64,000 nucleotides of DNA from Bacteroidota bacterium (GCA_007693555.1 REDJ01000108.1:55951-119950), one strand, 5' to 3'. Shown: positions 51,400 through 61,917, counted from the first letter of the stretch. Translations and numbers: made by a program. Notes: generated by a model not told the origin, from the letters alone.

Positions 51400-51651
51400 T
51401 TATTCTTCTTTTTTAGGTTTGAGAAATATATCCGGCAAAAGATATCCCATGGCGCCACCCCAAATCATTGAAAGATAAGGATTGGATTGTATGGTACATC
51501 CACTTTCGCATCCTATAAATGTATAGTAAGCAAACCCACCCAAAACTCCGATTAGCGTAAAAGAACCTATGACCCACAAATAATTTTTACGGGAAATATT
51601 GCCTACACGGGCCTTTTTGTCTACATTTTCTGTTCCTGTGTTGTTTTCCAT
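51400..51651 (-). CDS. DUF6132-like small membrane protein
   Basis: Two TM segments around GGFAYYTFIGCESGCTIQSNP...WGGAMG with two Cys. Confidence 0.75.
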   Translation of the reverse strand: MENNTGTENVDKKARVGNISRKNYLWVIGSFTLIGVLGGFAYYTFIGCESGCTIQSNPYLSMIWGGAMGYLLPDIFLKPKKEE

Positions 51652-51703
51652 ACTTGAATTTATTTTACTTAAATAAAGAAATAGTAATCAATTCAATTTA
51701 CTT

Positions 51704-52063
51704 TCAGGATTGTTTTACACCCAAAACGTCTTCGATAGCTTTTTCAAATGCAGCTTTGGGTAAAGCTCCTGCTGCCATTTGAGGCTGGGAATCTTTGGGT
51801 ACAAACAAAATTGAAGGAATACTACGAATACCAAATATTGCGCTTAATTCGCGCTCTTTTTCAGTATCTACTTTATAAATATCAACTTTGCCTTCATACT
51901 CTTTTGAAAGTTCTTCCAATACGGGAGCCACCATTTTACATGGTCCGCACCAATCAGCATAAAAGTCAATTATGCAGGGTTTATCGCCTTCAAATTTCCA
52001 ATCTTTGTTTTTTTCGAAATCAAAAACCTTTGTTTTGAATGTTTCCAGAGTTAAATTTTCCAT
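51704..52063 (-). CDS. trxA: Thioredoxin
   Basis: IDFYADWCGPCK; IRSIPS; start taken at ATG 52063 (MENLT). Confidence 0.92.
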   Translation of the reverse strand: MENLTLETFKTKVFDFEKNKDWKFEGDKPCIIDFYADWCGPCKMVAPVLEELSKEYEGKVDIYKVDTEKERELSAIFGIRSIPSILFVPKDSQPQMAAGALPKAAFEKAIEDVLGVKQS

Positions 52064-52128
52064 AATGTAATTATAATTGGAAGCAAGTATTTGCCTCCTT
52101 TTGTTCAACTTTTAATGATTTACGATTT

Positions 52129-52611
52129 TTAGAGATGGTTTTTGATTGCTGCTATCAGGGTTTCTTTTTGCTGAACACCCACAAAACGTTCTACCTGCTT
52201 GCCATCCTTATAAATAATTAATGTGGGAATGTTTTGTACACGATTCAGACTGGCAGAACGAGGATTATGATCAACATCAAGTTTGGTAATTTTTGCAAAC
52301 TCGCCTATTTCCTGGGCTACTTCTTCAATAATGGGATTTTGAATTCTGCAAGGAGGACACCAGACAGCCCAAAAATCAACAAGTGTTACACCTGCGGAAA
52401 TAGTTTCTTCAAATATATCATCTGTAATGTTTAAAACCATGCTTCCCTCAGGCGATATTTCAGTGAATGTGTTTCCTGCGGTGCCATTGCCCCTGTTAAA
52501 GAGCATCATTGTACCAATGGCAACTGCTATGACAAGAACTGCAATTTGCATGGGTCTGGTTTTACTCCAGAAATTTTCTTTTTCCTGATTGTTCTGTTGT
52601 TTTATGTTCAT
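52129..52611 (-). CDS. Membrane-anchored thioredoxin
   Basis: N-terminal hydrophobic segment; VDFWAVWCPPCR; NIPT; TATCTTTG box at 52706-52713. Confidence 0.88.
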   Translation of the reverse strand: MNIKQQNNQEKENFWSKTRPMQIAVLVIAVAIGTMMLFNRGNGTAGNTFTEISPEGSMVLNITDDIFEETISAGVTLVDFWAVWCPPCRIQNPIIEEVAQEIGEFAKITKLDVDHNPRSASLNRVQNIPTLIIYKDGKQVERFVGVQQKETLIAAIKNHL

Positions 52612-52923
52612 CTTTTATTATGAAATTATTTTGATTAATAAGTGAAATTACAAAAGAAAAATGACTTAATAGTATTTTTGCATTACCTGTTTTTATTTTC
52701 CATTACAAAGATATCTAATTATCTAGATATGTAAAAGTTAATTTTTGTTAGCCACTTTAACAATTCAGTATTTACCCTAATTTTGTGTGTGATAAAAACC
52801 AGAACTTTGGATCGTACTTTGATAAAAGAATATTTAGGTTGTATTGTTCAATTAAAAACACATTAACCCTGAATAGCTAACAAATAAAACCATTTTACCA
52901 TAATCACCAAAATTATTTTTCAA

Positions 52924-53643
52924 ATGAGAGCCTTTATACTAATTGCATTTATATCACTGAGTTTAAATTTTCATTCCTGTGATGAAGACGGAAATCTGCT
53001 TCTGCCAATTCCACTTACCGAAGCTGAGGTAGCCCAGGGATTACGTGAAGCTTTGAAAGTAGGAACCAATAATTCTGTTGAGCAAACCAATAAACTTGAC
53101 GGATATTTTGGAAATCCTGACATAAAAATTCCCTGGCCACAGGATGCTATGGGAGCTTACAATTATATCAGCAATAACCTATCTGTAATAAAACCCCTTT
53201 TAGATGAGGTAGTGCTCTTAATGAACCGGGGTGCAGAGCAGGCATCCGAAAAAGCCGGACCTATTTTTATAGATGCTATTATGAGCATTACAATTCTTGA
53301 TGCATGGGAAATATTGAATGGGGCTGATAATGCTGCTACAATGTATCTGTATCAAACAACTTTCAGCAGTCTTCATACAGAGTTCAAGCCTGATATACAT
53401 TCAGCCTTGCAAACTGTGGGGGCAGCAACTGCCTGGAATGAAATAATCAGCGTTTATAATCCTATAGCCAATGTTTTGCCAACGCTCAACCCTCTTAATC
53501 CTGATTTGGCTGAGTATGCCACTGAAATGGCGCTTGAAGGGTTATTCTTTTTAATAGCCGAAGAAGAATTAAAAATCCGTACCGATCCTTTGGCAAGAAT
53601 CAATGATATTTTGAAAAGGGTTTTTGGAACCCTGGATAATTAG
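52924..53643 (+). CDS. DUF4197 family lipoprotein
   Basis: Lipobox FHSC; EVAQGLREALKVG; DGYFGNPDIKIP; MNRGAEQA; IAEEELKIRTDPLAR...LKRVFG. Confidence 0.9.
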   Translation: MRAFILIAFISLSLNFHSCDEDGNLLLPIPLTEAEVAQGLREALKVGTNNSVEQTNKLDGYFGNPDIKIPWPQDAMGAYNYISNNLSVIKPLLDEVVLLMNRGAEQASEKAGPIFIDAIMSITILDAWEILNGADNAATMYLYQTTFSSLHTEFKPDIHSALQTVGAATAWNEIISVYNPIANVLPTLNPLNPDLAEYATEMALEGLFFLIAEEELKIRTDPLARINDILKRVFGTLDN

Positions 53644-53664
53644 TTTCGCTAATAAGATTAATAA

Positions 53665-53700
53665 ATAAAAAAAGCGCAGTTTTATATTGCGCTTTTTTAT
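53665..53700. terminator. Bidirectional terminator
   Basis: aaaaaagcgca...tgcgctttttt between convergent genes. Confidence 0.8.
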
Positions 53701-53720
53701 ATTTGTTTATAATAAACATA

Positions 53721-54707
53721 TTATTCGATCCCTGCAAAATGTTTCATAAACTGAACCCGATGAAAAACAACCGGATTATCAGATTTCTTATAACTTAACC
53801 TGCCCCTGAAATCTTCAATTTTTTCAAAGTTGTTTTTCTCCATCCAAAGGCTGAGCTGTTTAACTATAAAAGATATATGGTCAAATCCATGCTTATACAA
53901 GGCGCTGCATACCTGCACTGCTTTAGCTCCTGCCAATAATTGCTTCACAACACCATAACCATCATGTACCCCTGTGGATGCGCATAAATCAGTCTGTACC
54001 CTATCTGCCAGAATAGCTATCCAACGCAAGGATGTTGATATTTCCTCAGGAGTGCTGTATAAATTGCCCGGTTTTATGGTAAATTTATCAATATCAACAT
54101 CGGGGTTGTAAAATCTGTTAAATAATACCATTCCCTGAATGCCTGACCAGGAAAGCTTTTTAACCAATTCTGCAAGCCCTGAGAAATGGTAGGAGATTTT
54201 TAATGCGATGGGAATCTTAACCTGCTTTTTAACCGTTTCAATAATTTCAAAATACAGCTTTTCGTATTCCTGGCCGGGAGTATCAATATCAGCCGGTAAA
54301 ACAAATACATTCAGTTCAAGTGCATCTGCTCCGGCTTTTTCAATCTCCTTTGCGAATGCAGGCCACTCATCTGAAGTGACACAATTGATACTTGGTATTA
54401 CCGGTATTGAAATTTTACTTTTAGCATCCTGAATTAATCTCAGGTACTCATCTATTGTTTGAGCTCTCGAATAATTTCTTATGTAGTCATCAGCTTCTGT
54501 ATAAGCACTTTGCACATCATCGTAAGAAAACACCTTTCGAATCTCAAATTTAATTTGCTCTTCAAACAATGATTTCAAAACCACTGCACCGGCTCCTTTA
54601 TCTTCGACTTTTATGAGGTTGTCAAGTGTACGGGTTAAACCAGAACTACCTACGATTACAGGGTTTTTGAGAGTTAAGCCCATGTAGTTGGTTGATAAAT
54701 CAATCAT
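53721..54707 (-). CDS. Dihydroorotate dehydrogenase-like FMN protein (DHOD_like)
   Basis: LKNPVIVGSS; GAVVLKSLFEEQI; ADALELN; LFNRF; STGVHDG; LLAGAKAVQVCS. Confidence 0.88.
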   Translation of the reverse strand: MIDLSTNYMGLTLKNPVIVGSSGLTRTLDNLIKVEDKGAGAVVLKSLFEEQIKFEIRKVFSYDDVQSAYTEADDYIRNYSRAQTIDEYLRLIQDAKSKISIPVIPSINCVTSDEWPAFAKEIEKAGADALELNVFVLPADIDTPGQEYEKLYFEIIETVKKQVKIPIALKISYHFSGLAELVKKLSWSGIQGMVLFNRFYNPDVDIDKFTIKPGNLYSTPEEISTSLRWIAILADRVQTDLCASTGVHDGYGVVKQLLAGAKAVQVCSALYKHGFDHISFIVKQLSLWMEKNNFEKIEDFRGRLSYKKSDNPVVFHRVQFMKHFAGIE

Positions 54708-54995
54708 GAGTTTGGATTTTGGTTAAAAATAATATTTAGAATGTAAAAAACAGCTTTTGGGAAAATAATTTATTACGATTGACAAACCTACATAAAATTT
54801 GAAAATATTGAACATATCTTTTCAAAAAAAAATTACACTTAAGTTTAATTCGTAAAAACCTTTAAAAACCGAATTTCACTGAAATACTATAGAATTTATA
54901 AATTAACTTTGATGCCTGTTTTATTCATACTCAAATAACAGAAACTCCTGTTTTCTGCAAGATGCATATAAAACCGGCCAGGAAACCCGAATTGG

Positions 54996-56513
54996 ATGGA
55001 TACAGTTAAACTCAAGGGAAAAAACGAAACTCATTTCTCCAAAAAAGCTTTCAGAAGCCTGATGGAGCCTTTACTCGTTATATTTAACAAGGCAATTTCA
55101 GAGGTTTTTGAGAATAAAGAATATTACATTGCTTATAGCATACCTGGTGGGGTATACGGTTATTTTAAGGATTATACTTTGGATGATAACGATGTTTTAA
55201 AAATAAGAAATAAGATAAAAAATCTTATTTCAGAGAACCTGGACTTCAAGCAGGAAATACTTCCCAATGAGAAATTGCTAAGGTATTTCAATGAAAGCAA
55301 ACGCTCTGATATTGAGGAGTTGTTATTGTCTAAACCTGGTGAAATAAATGAAGGACTGCATCTGGCGCATCTAAACGGAAACGGTGAGTTGTTTTTTAAT
55401 CATGTCAATGAGCATTATGATCGCTTGGATAGGTTTCGTTTTTTTCGCTTTAAGAATGGATTTTTCCTGATTGCTGATCCTGATTTTTTTGGAAGGATAA
55501 TGCCTGAAAGACTCGAACTTAGTAAGTATCTGAAAAGATTTGACGAATCAGAAGAAAGTATGAAGCAACTGGGTATTGAAAGTTTTGCCCAGTTAAATGA
55601 TGTAATTGATAACGGGCAGCTACCTGAGTTTATAAAAATTTCTGAAGCATATCAGGCAAAAAGGATTGGCAGAATAGCTGATAATATTGTCAGTCATCCT
55701 TTAAAACCGCGGATTATTTTCCTTTCCGGCCCAACATCTTCGGGTAAAACCACATCGGCCAATCGGCTTGCCATTGAACTGAAAGTCCTGGGTAAAAAAG
55801 TTCTCATAATGTCTCTTGATAATTTCTATTTGCCCCACTCAAGAATACCTTTTGATCCTGATACAGGATTACAAAATTTTGAATTAATTACAGCCCTGGA
55901 CCTGGAACTGTTTTGCACAACCATACATCAACTTCTGGATGGTGAAAGTATACACATGCCCAAATATCATTTTGATGGCAAAGGTGCTGTCCCTGAATTG
56001 AATCCAACGCAAATCACACAGGATACTTACATCATTGTTGAAGGTATTCATGGCCTTAATCCCGACCTTTGGAAAAACAAACTTGGTATTGATTCTTACA
56101 GGTTATATGTTTCGGCACTTAATACATTAAACATACATGACCACCTTCCGCTATCCACAAGTGACCACAGGCTTATCAGACGGCTGGTGCGTGATCATCT
56201 TTTCAGGGGTTACAGTTTCAATGAAACCATAAAGCGCTGGCCCGATGTAATGGAAAATGAATACCACAGTATTTTTCCGTTCCAGGAAAGTGCACACGCC
56301 ATTTTTAATTCTTCTCTTATTTATGAGATTGCTGTTTTTGCTCACTACGCGCCGGGAATATTAAAAGCTGAACTTGCAGAAAACGAAGTTATCAAAGAAG
56401 AGGTAAAAAGGTTAAACCGCATATTAAGCCTTTTGAAACCAATTAACCCCAATGACATCCCACCTACCAGCATTCTTAGGGAATTTATAGGGGGAAGCAG
56501 TTTTACATATTAA
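54996..56513 (+). CDS. Nucleoside (uridine) kinase-family protein with ThrRS-N-like N-terminal region
   Basis: P-loop SGPTSSGKTT; SLDNFY; VEGIHGLNP; RLIRRLVRD; IFPFQE; FNSSLIYE; IPPTSILREFIGGS; TAACTTTG box at 54904-54911. Confidence 0.85.
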   Translation: MDTVKLKGKNETHFSKKAFRSLMEPLLVIFNKAISEVFENKEYYIAYSIPGGVYGYFKDYTLDDNDVLKIRNKIKNLISENLDFKQEILPNEKLLRYFNESKRSDIEELLLSKPGEINEGLHLAHLNGNGELFFNHVNEHYDRLDRFRFFRFKNGFFLIADPDFFGRIMPERLELSKYLKRFDESEESMKQLGIESFAQLNDVIDNGQLPEFIKISEAYQAKRIGRIADNIVSHPLKPRIIFLSGPTSSGKTTSANRLAIELKVLGKKVLIMSLDNFYLPHSRIPFDPDTGLQNFELITALDLELFCTTIHQLLDGESIHMPKYHFDGKGAVPELNPTQITQDTYIIVEGIHGLNPDLWKNKLGIDSYRLYVSALNTLNIHDHLPLSTSDHRLIRRLVRDHLFRGYSFNETIKRWPDVMENEYHSIFPFQESAHAIFNSSLIYEIAVFAHYAPGILKAELAENEVIKEEVKRLNRILSLLKPINPNDIPPTSILREFIGGSSFTY

Positions 56514-56727
56514 TCAACTTGAAATAATTTAATTACACGTTTGTATAAACTTTTTTATACTTTTGTGCTGGTATTGGAAAAAAACTGGTGAGACTGATAT
56601 TATTTTCGAATATCAAACGTTATTTGAGTTGCAAATTTCAAACCTTTGTAACCTGATGACTTGTTTTACCGTATTACAACTACTATTTAAGCAATCAAGT
56701 CAAATCTTCATTTAAACAGTAAACAAC

Positions 56728-58272
56728 ATGAACAAACGTGGTATTAAAATTCTATTTCTGGCAGTTTTTATGCCCTTTGCGGCCTGGTCAGGCGGCATTG
56801 TGACCAACACCAACCAAAGCGCATCTTTTATACGTAAGCCCGCTCAGGATGCTGTAATAGATGCTACAGGTACTTACTACAACCCTGCAGGTCTGGCCTT
56901 TCTCAGGGATGGATTTCACCTTTCTGTAAGTAATCAGACTATATTACAAAACAGAAAAGTAAGCAGTACATTTCAGGGATTAGCCAATACTGAATTTGAA
57001 GGTGATGTAAGTGCGCCTTTATTTCCTACGTTATATGCTGTATATAAGACCGGTCCACTTGCACTCTCATTTGGCGTAAACCCGATTGGTGGCGGAGGAA
57101 CAGCTAACTTTGAGGAAGGCTTGCCTTCTTTTGAGCAGGAAGTAGCAATTTTGCCTCCCAGTCTTACAGCAGCCGGAATAAATACAACTGCATATTCAAT
57201 GGACGCAGCATTTGACGGTAGTTCTCTTAACTGGGGTGTTCAGCTTAATGCTTCTTATGCCCTCAATGAGTTTTTTGCAGTAAGTCTTGGTGCACGTTTT
57301 ATCACAGCCACCAACACTTACAAAGGGCATTTACGTGATATTATGATTAATCCGTTACATCCGCTTAATGCCAACGGACCAGGCAATATGGTTTCAGCAC
57401 CCCAATTCTTTGGAACAGTTGAATTTGCTGCAAATTCTGCAGTTCAGCAATTGCAGCCCATAATTGATAATAGCGCAGGTGAAATGACTTTAAATCAACT
57501 GGTAAACATTGGAGCATTAACCCAGGAACAGGCTGACCAGTTAGCAGGAGGGCTGGGAGGAATATACAATCCTGATATGCAGGTAGTTGAGATTCAAACT
57601 GCTTATGCAGGTATTGCTGCTCAGATGAATGATCTTGCACAGGCAACACAAGACAGGGAACTTGACGCTAAACAAACCGGTTGGGGTATTGCTCCTGTTC
57701 TTGGTATAAATATTCGATTTTCGGATGAATTAAACATGGCAATCAAATACGAACACAGGGCTTCTATTACAATGACCAACAACACCACAGTTGATGATGT
57801 AGGTATGTATCCTGATGGTGTGGAAGTTGCAAATGACATGCCCTCAATGTTGTCTTTAGGATTAAACTACAGGCCCACCAGGGCATTGAGTTTATCTGCC
57901 GGAATGCATTATTACTTTGACAGAAGTGCAGATTATGGTAAAGCACTACCCAATGATCAAATCATTGATAACAACTTTATTGAACTTGGGTTTGGGGCAG
58001 AGTATTTCTTCGATAACGGATTCAGTATCAGTACAGGTTATCTAAGAACTCAAACAGGTGCAAATGACAGATTTCATAGTGACTTAAGCCATAGTTTAAG
58101 CACCAACTCCATAGGTATAGGAGGAAGCTACAGATTTAGTCCGAACATGGCTGTTAACTTTGGTTTCATGAATACAATGTATGAGGCTTATACAAAGACA
58201 TTTAACGGATACTCAGAAACCTACGACAGAAGTGCAATTGTTTTTGCAGTGGGAATGGATTTCAGGTTTTAG
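56728..58272 (+). CDS. OmpP1/FadL/TodX family outer-membrane transporter with a long loop insertion
   Basis: Mature N-terminus GGIVTNTNQSA; YYNPAGLAFL; C-terminal GMDFRF; TACTTTTG box at 56558-56565. Confidence 0.85.
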   Translation: MNKRGIKILFLAVFMPFAAWSGGIVTNTNQSASFIRKPAQDAVIDATGTYYNPAGLAFLRDGFHLSVSNQTILQNRKVSSTFQGLANTEFEGDVSAPLFPTLYAVYKTGPLALSFGVNPIGGGGTANFEEGLPSFEQEVAILPPSLTAAGINTTAYSMDAAFDGSSLNWGVQLNASYALNEFFAVSLGARFITATNTYKGHLRDIMINPLHPLNANGPGNMVSAPQFFGTVEFAANSAVQQLQPIIDNSAGEMTLNQLVNIGALTQEQADQLAGGLGGIYNPDMQVVEIQTAYAGIAAQMNDLAQATQDRELDAKQTGWGIAPVLGINIRFSDELNMAIKYEHRASITMTNNTTVDDVGMYPDGVEVANDMPSMLSLGLNYRPTRALSLSAGMHYYFDRSADYGKALPNDQIIDNNFIELGFGAEYFFDNGFSISTGYLRTQTGANDRFHSDLSHSLSTNSIGIGGSYRFSPNMAVNFGFMNTMYEAYTKTFNGYSETYDRSAIVFAVGMDFRF

Positions 58273-58300
58273 AAATTAGAAGTTATAATTCTTATTTTAT

Positions 58301-58337
58301 GCCGGGTAGATCTCTGATGATTTACCCGGTTTTTTTT
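58301..58337 (+). terminator. Rho-independent terminator
   Basis: gccgggtagatc...gatttacccggt followed by a T tract. Confidence 0.8.
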
Positions 58338-58462
58338 ATTTAACATTCCGCTATCGCTAATGTAAAGCCGAAATACAGATTATTTATTAATTTTGAAAAT
58401 TCTTTTTGTACCGACAAAATCAGATATTCGTTTTTAATTGCTCCAGTTATCAATTTCATTTG

Positions 58463-59692
58463 ATGAGAAATATCCTTATTATCCTTATCTTTTTTTTGTT
58501 CCATTTTTCTGCAGTATTTGCCGGAGGTTACCAGGTAAGTTTGCACAATCAGAAAAATATTGGAATGGGATTAATAGGTACTTCGTTGATAGATGACGCC
58601 AGTTCAGTATTTTACAATCCCGGAGCATTGGCAAAGATTCCTTCGGATTACAGCTTTCTGGCAGGTGTAAGTGGAATTCGATCCATAACCAAATTTCAGC
58701 TTGAAAGTCCTTCCATATATCAGGCAGCAACTGATAATCCAATCGGGTTTCCATTTTATTTTTATGCATCAGCCAGAATAAACCCTTCCGTTAGTTTCGG
58801 ACTGGCAATTAACACACCTTTTGGAAATCGTTTGAAGTGGGAAGATGGATGGGCAGGACGTTTTATTATTCAGGAGATATCTCTTCAGGCAATAACTGTT
58901 CAGCCTTCCATTTCTTATAAAATAAACGAAATGATTTCCATAGGAGCCGGACTTGTGGTTGCCATGGGTTCTGTTGATATGAAAAGAAAACTGCCTGTAC
59001 AGGATGACTCAGGTGAAGGTCAGGTAAACATCAATGGAAGCACTACAAACTATGGTTTTAATGCCGGAATATTGATTACACCTTTAGAAAATCTTAATCT
59101 TGGTCTGTCATACAGATCACTTATAAATATGAAGGTTGAGGATGCAGAAGCCCGTTTTTCCGTACCTGCTTCATTGGCAAATAACTTTCCGGAGAACAAT
59201 ACAGTAGCCACTTCTCTCCCATTGCCTGCCAATCTGGATTTTGGTATTTCCTATAGGTTTTCAGAAAACATCACAGCAGGCATTTCATTGAATTATGTTT
59301 TCTGGGATGCATATAAAAGTCTGGATTTTGACTTTGAAACAAACACAGCTGTTGTTACTGATACCCAAAATCCGAGAGAATATAAAAACAGACTGATTTT
59401 TCGACTTGGCGCAGAATACAAAGTAATTGAAAATGTATATCTCAGAGCAGGCTCATATTATGATCCTTCGCCTGTAAATGAAAAGTATTTTTCACCTGAA
59501 ACCCCTGGTTTAAATAACCTGGGAATCACAGCAGGAATGTCTTTTTTTCCTTTGCCTGAATTAAGCATTGATTTGAGCTTTATTTATATTGTGGGATTTA
59601 AAAAGGAAGCAATTTATACACCGGATAATTTTGGTGGCATTTATAAATCCAGGGCATACATCCCTGGCATTGGAGTAAGTTATAGTTTTTAA
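58463..59692 (+). CDS. FadL-family long-chain fatty acid outer-membrane transporter
   Basis: Start at ATG 58463 (MRNILII, signal VFA|GGYQV); DASSVFYNPGAL; TPFG; SPETP; C-terminal VSYSF. Confidence 0.88.
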   Translation: MRNILIILIFFLFHFSAVFAGGYQVSLHNQKNIGMGLIGTSLIDDASSVFYNPGALAKIPSDYSFLAGVSGIRSITKFQLESPSIYQAATDNPIGFPFYFYASARINPSVSFGLAINTPFGNRLKWEDGWAGRFIIQEISLQAITVQPSISYKINEMISIGAGLVVAMGSVDMKRKLPVQDDSGEGQVNINGSTTNYGFNAGILITPLENLNLGLSYRSLINMKVEDAEARFSVPASLANNFPENNTVATSLPLPANLDFGISYRFSENITAGISLNYVFWDAYKSLDFDFETNTAVVTDTQNPREYKNRLIFRLGAEYKVIENVYLRAGSYYDPSPVNEKYFSPETPGLNNLGITAGMSFFPLPELSIDLSFIYIVGFKKEAIYTPDNFGGIYKSRAYIPGIGVSYSF

Positions 59693-59709
59693 ATAGGAAA
59701 CGATAGTTA

Positions 59710-61005
59710 ATGTTTAAATGTAAGAATATATTACTATTTCTGCTGTTGGTTATTATTCATTCCTGTGAACCGGAAATTAAGTCTTTTAAACCTGCAGCCG
59801 GAGACGCAGATTTTGCAGTTTATGTTGCTATTGGAAACTCCTTAACTGCTGGTTTTGCAGATAATGAATTATTCAAATCCGGTCAGATTTTATCATTTGC
59901 CAATATTATGGCAAAACAAATGATACATACTGGTGGCGGTGAATTCAAACAACCTCTGATGAGAGATGAATTGGGTTTCGGAAACAAATTAAGGTTGGGA
60001 TATTCAACTGACTGCCTTGGAAACGAAAACCTTGGACCTGTATTTGTTGGCGGAACACCCGACCCTTCAAATACTGAAAATATTTTTTCTGAAGAAGGCC
60101 CCTTCCACAATCTTGCTGTACCCGGGGCAAGAATTTCGCATATTACAGATCCTGCGTTTAGCCAACAAAATAGTTATTTTGCAAGATTTGCCAGTTCTTC
60201 ATCTGCAAGTATAATAAATGATGCACTGGATCTTGACCCAACCTTCTTTTCACTGTGGATAGGTGGTAATGATATCCTGGGCTTTGCCCTCAGCGGCGGA
60301 ACCTCAGGGTATATTACATCAATTGAAGATTTTAATTTTTACTATCAGAACATATTGAATAAAATTACATCAAAAGCATCACGGGGAGTATTGGCAAATA
60401 TACCTGATATCGCCAGTATACCATTCTTTAATACGATTCCCTCCGTGGGTCTGATAATTACAAATCAAACAGATGCAGATAACCTGAATGATTACTATTC
60501 ATGGCATCCTGAGGTTAGCTTTCAAATTGGTTTAAACAGATTTGTAGTAATGGATGAAGGTTCTCCTCATGGGGGTTTAAGGCATATAAAGCCCGGTGAA
60601 CTTCTCTTGTTAAGCCTTCCTCAAGACAGTATATTATGCGGAGGTTGGGGCTCTTTAACCCCAATTCCCGGGCAGTTTTATTTATCAGAGAATCAAATTT
60701 CAGATATTCAAAATACTACAAATGAGTATAATAGAATAATCAAGGGTTTTGCTGATGAATACAACCTGGCATTTACTGATGTAAATAAGCTATTAATGGA
60801 GGCAAGTAGTGGTATAACCTTCGATGGCATTTCATTCAATACGCAATATGTAACGGGAGGAGTGTTTTCGTTGGATGGGGTACATTTAAGCCCCAGGGGA
60901 AATGCCATTGTAGCAAATTATTTTATTGAGGCCATAAATGAAAAATATGGCTCTACGATTCCCAGGGTCAGCCCTACTCAATTCCCGGGAATTCTTTTTC
61001 CCTGA
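59710..61005 (+). CDS. SGNH/GDSL hydrolase lipoprotein
   Basis: Lipobox IHSC; block I GNSLTAG; NLAVPG; block III GGND; block V FSLDGVHL. Confidence 0.9.
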   Translation: MFKCKNILLFLLLVIIHSCEPEIKSFKPAAGDADFAVYVAIGNSLTAGFADNELFKSGQILSFANIMAKQMIHTGGGEFKQPLMRDELGFGNKLRLGYSTDCLGNENLGPVFVGGTPDPSNTENIFSEEGPFHNLAVPGARISHITDPAFSQQNSYFARFASSSSASIINDALDLDPTFFSLWIGGNDILGFALSGGTSGYITSIEDFNFYYQNILNKITSKASRGVLANIPDIASIPFFNTIPSVGLIITNQTDADNLNDYYSWHPEVSFQIGLNRFVVMDEGSPHGGLRHIKPGELLLLSLPQDSILCGGWGSLTPIPGQFYLSENQISDIQNTTNEYNRIIKGFADEYNLAFTDVNKLLMEASSGITFDGISFNTQYVTGGVFSLDGVHLSPRGNAIVANYFIEAINEKYGSTIPRVSPTQFPGILFP

Positions 61006-61012
61006 TTCAATG

Positions 61013-61783
61013 CTATTCAATGATTGCATATCTTTCCCTGGCTTCTGCACGGGTGCATGCATTAAAATGCCACCATTCGCTTTGAATACCCCAAAAGCCG
61101 GCATGACGCATTACTCTTCGAAGAAATCTTCTGTTGGCGATATGTTGTGGGGTTAGTCTGTCTTGCTCAAGCATTTCTTCCTCCTTTGAAGGATAAGCCA
61201 ATTCGCCCATATGATCAAACTCGGTACCCATATCAAGAGGTACTCCGCTCTTGTCAACAATACTCACATCTACTGCAGCACCAAAATTATGAATGGAGCC
61301 GTTTGCCGGATTGGAAAGAAACCTGATCTTTTCGTGGAAAGGTGCATCAACAGCATCCCACATCTTTTGCTGTATGCTTCTTGGGCGGGCAGCATCATAG
61401 ACTATAAGTGAAAGTTCCGGGTTTAATGATTTGAGATATTTCTGTGCATTCACGAGCATTTCAGCTATATCAGGCTGTAAATATGCATTTTTCATTCCTC
61501 CGTATACATCCTTACCCAAAAAATTGTCTGTGGTACTGTATTTCAGCTCTACCACAATGGATGTATCCAAATCGTGAATATTAACAAGGCCGTGTTCGAT
61601 CATTTGCTTTTCGATTGGTGAAACAGTAGGAATAACTTCAACTATAATTTCTGTTAATGTATCTTTTTCCGGTAAAATCTCCTCAGCTATTTCCTGTGTT
61701 GAAGTATCACTGCCACCACAAGAAATAAATAAAGTGAACCAGGAAAACAAAAACAATGAGGTATATTTTTGATAAAAATTCAT
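61013..61783 (-). CDS. D-Ala-D-Ala dipeptidase, peptidase M15D (VanX/DdpX-like) lipoprotein
   Basis: Lipobox FISC; LKYSTTDNF; YDAARP; SIHNFGAAVD; DMGTEFD; SEWWHF. Confidence 0.9.
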   Translation of the reverse strand: MNFYQKYTSLFLFSWFTLFISCGGSDTSTQEIAEEILPEKDTLTEIIVEVIPTVSPIEKQMIEHGLVNIHDLDTSIVVELKYSTTDNFLGKDVYGGMKNAYLQPDIAEMLVNAQKYLKSLNPELSLIVYDAARPRSIQQKMWDAVDAPFHEKIRFLSNPANGSIHNFGAAVDVSIVDKSGVPLDMGTEFDHMGELAYPSKEEEMLEQDRLTPQHIANRRFLRRVMRHAGFWGIQSEWWHFNACTRAEARERYAIIE

Positions 61784-61917
61784 AATAAATCAAGCTATGG
61801 TAGATAAATTATGGCTTCCATTTTGTTAATTTAGCAAATATTCTGTTAATTGAAATTATCTGAAATCAAATCATTCATCTGTCAAAAATATTCAAAATTT
61901 AAAACTTAGTATCAGCC

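Noticed and set aside
58406-58462. Upstream TTG/ATG extensions given by the ORF track (also at 13328, 16095, 48942, 52108)
   Set aside because: Downstream ATGs give proper signal peptides or family N-termini, and some extensions overlap promoter boxes
61013-61783. VanX-like gene as a vancomycin-resistance determinant
   Set aside because: No vanHA or vanRS context; lipoprotein M15D peptidases are ordinary cell-wall enzymes in Bacteroidota
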